The notes under the pieces are model-generated. The model saw nothing but the letters and a program-made list of their open reading frames with translations, was not told the origin of the DNA and did no database searches. Position numbers and translations under genes: made by a program. Below are positions 61,095 through 64,000 of a DNA stretch of 64,000 bases, piece after piece (position 1 is the stretch's first letter; each line of letters begins with the position of its first letter). The DNA is from Actinomyces timonensis (GTDB lineage: Bacteria; Actinomycetota; Actinomycetes; Actinomycetales; Actinomycetaceae), in contig NZ_CP159989.1 of assembly GCF_040702965.1 (NCBI RefSeq), forward strand, positions 1,059,678-1,123,677, in the 5' to 3' direction.

Positions 61095-61606
61095 GCGCCG
61101 CAACCGCCGCCACGGCCCGCCCCAGCAGCCCCACCAAGAGGACCTGGGAGGGCGGTGCGCGAGTCCGGTCCCAGGGAGTGGTCCGGGAGGCTCCGCTGCC
61201 CCAGCGCCAGCTGCGCGTGGTGCGCGGCATCGCGCCCGGCCGCTCCGTCATCCCCTTCGCGCTGCTCATCGTCACGATCCTCATCAGCGCCCTGGTTACC
61301 ACGATGGTGCTCAACGCCAAGATGGCCGCCACCGCCTACGACCTCCAGAAGGCCTCCACCGAGCTCGACGTCATCCAGGACCACGTGGAGACCGTGCGGG
61401 GCCAGGTGAACGACGCCGCGGCGCCCGACGCCCTGGCCAAGCGCGCCGCCGAGCTCGGCATGGTGCCCGCCCCCGCCCCCGGCGTGGTCGACCTGCGCAG
61501 CGGCACCGTCACCGGCGGCAGCGCCGCCGGGACCCCCGGCGCGAGTGTCGCCGGGGGCGCGGACGGCGCTCCCAGCGCTGGCAGCACCGGCACGAGTGGG
61601 CAGTAA
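61091..61606 (+). CDS. ftsL: FtsL-like cell division protein (single TM, coiled coil)
   Basis: TM helix 'FALLIVTILISALVTTMVL' followed by a coiled-coil segment; sits between rsmH and ftsI. Confidence 0.6.
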   Translation: MSAATAATARPSSPTKRTWEGGARVRSQGVVREAPLPQRQLRVVRGIAPGRSVIPFALLIVTILISALVTTMVLNAKMAATAYDLQKASTELDVIQDHVETVRGQVNDAAAPDALAKRAAELGMVPAPAPGVVDLRSGTVTGGSAAGTPGASVAGGADGAPSAGSTGTSGQ

Positions 61607-61612
61607 CCGCCG

Positions 61613-63437
61613 ATGAACCCGAGCCGACGCCGTGCCCTGCAGCTCCTCGGACTCACCGGCTTCTCCGCCGTGGCGGGCAGGACCGCCTGGCTCCAGGTGG
61701 TCCGGGGCCCGGACCTCGCGGAGAAGGCCCGTGCTGAGCGCACGCTCACATGGACGAACGTCGCCCTGCGGGGCAACATCTGCGGACGCGATGGCACCAT
61801 CCTGGCCACCTCCTCGGTGAGCTTCGACATCGGCGTCAACCAGCAGATCGTCGCCCAGTGGGAGGACAAGGTCGAGCAGGACAACCCCACCACCGGCCTG
61901 CCCGAGACCGTCGTCGTCGGTCACGGACCCGCCGCCGCGGCCGACAAGCTTCGCCCCCATCCTCGGGGTCGACGCGGCCGAGCTCGGGGCCAGGATGGTG
62001 GGGGAGTCCACCTACTCCGTCATCGCCGAGGCGGTCCCCCCGGACACCTGGCGCCAGATCAAGGCCCTGGGCATCCGCGGCGTCGAGCCGGACCAGCGGG
62101 TTCGCCGCACCTACCCGGCAGGCTACGTCGCCGGCAACGTCGTCGGCCTGACCGCCGAGGGCCATGGCCGCGTCCTCAAGGGCACGGCCGGCATTGAGAG
62201 CACGCAGGACGAGCGGCTCACGGGCGTCAACGGCTCCGGCTCCGTGGAGGTGGGCCGCACCGGCGCGCAGATCCCCTCGGGGAGGGTCACCGAGACCGCC
62301 TCGATCCCCGGGGCGACCGTCACCCTCACCCTCGACCCCGACCTCCAGGTCCTCGCCCAGCAGGCCATTGACGAGGTCGTCACCGCCCAGGGCGCCGAAT
62401 GGGGGTGCTGCGTCGTCATGGTGCCCTCCACCGGCGAGGTCCTCGTCATGGCGGACAGCCGTACCGTCGACCCCGCCGATCCCACCGCCTCCGCCGCGGG
62501 CGACCTCGGGGCCCGCTGCGTCGAGGCCGTCTTCGAGCCCGGCAGCGTCGGCAAGGTCGTCACCTTCGCCGCCGCCCTGGAGGAGGGCGCGGTCAGGCCC
62601 GAGGAGACCTGGACCGTCCCCTACTCCTGGACCGCCGCCAACGGCCAGAGCTTCGTTGATTCCCACCCCCACGGCGTCGAGCGGCTCACGACGGCGCAGG
62701 TCCTCGCCGAGTCCTCCAACGTCGGCACCGTCCAGATCGGGGAGAGGGTCGCCGACGACATCCGCCACGCCTACATGGAGCGCTTCGGCTGGGGCGCCCG
62801 CAGCGGCATCGAGCTGCCGGGGGAGTCCGCGGGACTGCTCACGCCCCCCGCGGAGTGGGACGACCGCACCCGCTACACCACCATGTTCGGCCAGGGCATC
62901 GCCGGGACGGCGCTCCAGTCCGTCCAGGTCCTGGCGGCCGTCGCCAACAAGGGCGTGCGCCTGGCGCCCCGGGTCATCGACTCGTGGACCGCCGCGGACG
63001 GCACGGTCACGCGGCAGTCCCGGCCCGAGGGCGTGCGCGTCGTGTCCGAGGCCACCGCCAAGACGCTCACCGACATGCTCGTCGGCGTCACCCAGGAGGG
63101 GGGCACCGCCGAGGAGGCCTCGATCGACGGCTACCTCGTGGCCGGGAAGACCGGCACCACGGAGATCATCTCTGAGGACGCCACCGTCGCCTCCTTCGTC
63201 GGCTTCACCCCCGCCCACGACCCGGCCATCGCCGCCGCCGTCATCGTCAACAAGCCCTCGGGCATCTACGGCGGCGTCGTCGCCGCCCCCGTCTTCCGGA
63301 CCATCGCCCTGGCCACGCTCCACAAGCTCGGCATCGCCCCGGACCCCTCGGTCATGGCGACGGCCAAGGCCCACCAGGGCGCTCAGGCCGCCCCCTCAGG
63401 CCAGGGCGGGGCGAGCGCGACCCCGGGGCGGGGCTGA
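61613..63437 (+). CDS. ftsI: penicillin-binding protein (FtsI/PBP3-type transpeptidase), frame broken near 61950 (apparent 1-nt insertion)
   Basis: N-terminal TM plus dimerisation domain in ORF 61613-62197; transpeptidase domain ('SVGKVVTFAAAL' SxxK, 'SSN', 'KTGTT') in ORF 61995-63437; removing one t from aagcTTcgc gives ...AADKLAPILGVDAAELG... Confidence 0.8.
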
Positions 63438-63661
63438 GCGATGGCGCCAGTCCTCGCGAGCCCGGCCGGGCCCGATCAGGGGGCCATGGGGCCGGCCGCC
63501 GGGCGCGCCGCCCCGCTGGCCGCCATGCGCCCGCGCCTGCCCCGTTCGGGGGAGATCCTGCTCACGGCCCTCAAGCGCCCTATGAGGCAACGCAGGGATC
63601 ACAGAACCGGGTCGCCCCTCCTGATCTGCGAGCGCCGCCGGTCGCGATAGATTGTGGGACT

Positions 63662-64000
63662 ATGAGCAACCACGCGTACGAGTCGGCCGCGGCCCTGCGC
63701 CCGCACCGAAACGCTCCCATCGCTGTGAGCGACCTCGCCCAGCGATTCTCCCTGAGCCCCGCCACCCCCGCCGATGCCCAGGGCGTCAACGCCCCCGTCC
63801 CCCTGACCGTCTCCGGGGCCTCCGTGGACTCCGGCGACATCGCTCCCGGAGAGCTTTTCGTCGCCCTGCCCGGCTTCCGCGCTCACGGCGCCGACTACGC
63901 CGCCCAGGCCGTCGAGGCCGGCGCCGTCGCCGTCGTCACCGATGAGGCGGGAGCGAGCATCGTGCACGAGTCCTGCCCCGGGATCCCCGTGCTCCTCAGC
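63662..64000 (+). CDS. murE: UDP-N-acetylmuramoyl-L-alanyl-D-glutamate--2,6-diaminopimelate ligase, N-terminal part (3' end beyond the window)
   Basis: Hand translation from ATG 63662: 'MSNHAYESAAALRPHRNAPIAVSDLAQRF...DSGDIAPGELFVALPGFRAHGADYAAQAVEAGAVAVVTD' = MurE N-terminal domain; follows ftsI. Confidence 0.75.
   Translation, partial: MSNHAYESAAALRPHRNAPIAVSDLAQRFSLSPATPADAQGVNAPVPLTVSGASVDSGDIAPGELFVALPGFRAHGADYAAQAVEAGAVAVVTDEAGASIVHESCPGIPVLLS

Noticed and set aside
1-64000. tRNA/rRNA genes, CRISPR arrays, IS elements, integrases other than XerC, phage or defence-system genes
   Set aside because: Scanned intergenic regions and ORF translations; no T-loop-like GGTTCGAATCC motifs, no regularly spaced direct repeats with spacers, no transposase or DDE signatures found.

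Overview
High-GC (~70%) chromosomal window, probably from an Actinomyces-like actinobacterium, in conserved housekeeping gene order: comM/yifB(partial)-dprA-xerC, an M23 peptidase, rpsB-tsf, an SSS symporter, pyrH-frr-cdsA-rlmN, dxr-rip1(M50)-ispG, proS, rimP-nusA-ylxR-infB, rbfA-truB, ribF-rpsO-pnp, an M16 peptidase, dapB, dapA, fadD-like, helD-like, PAC2, dinB, and the start of the dcw cluster (DUF3040-mraZ-rsmH-ftsL-ftsI-murE partial). No tRNA/rRNA genes, CRISPR arrays, transposases or phage genes were recognised. Two accessory insertions interrupt otherwise universal operons. (i) About 6.3 kb between infB and rbfA (27.5-33.8 kb): a quinone oxidoreductase, a quinol-type nitric-oxide reductase (qNOR), an unusual Cys-rich-membrane-domain/SPFH ORF and a convergent RarD transporter. 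(ii) About 5.6 kb between truB and ribF (35.4-41.0 kb): a 90-aa Cys-rich ORF translationally coupled to truB, then a convergent TetR / MFS / FtsX-permease / ABC-ATPase cassette with a perfect 21-bp palindromic operator. The assembly carries many single-base indels in conserved, mostly essential genes (rpsB, pnp, ftsI, dinB, fadD, helD, MFS, permease). Five share the same context (an extra T in GCT^C, equivalently an extra A in G^AGC), so disrupted genes here are probably sequence errors rather than true pseudogenes. All calls are from reading the six-frame translations and the DNA; no database search was possible.
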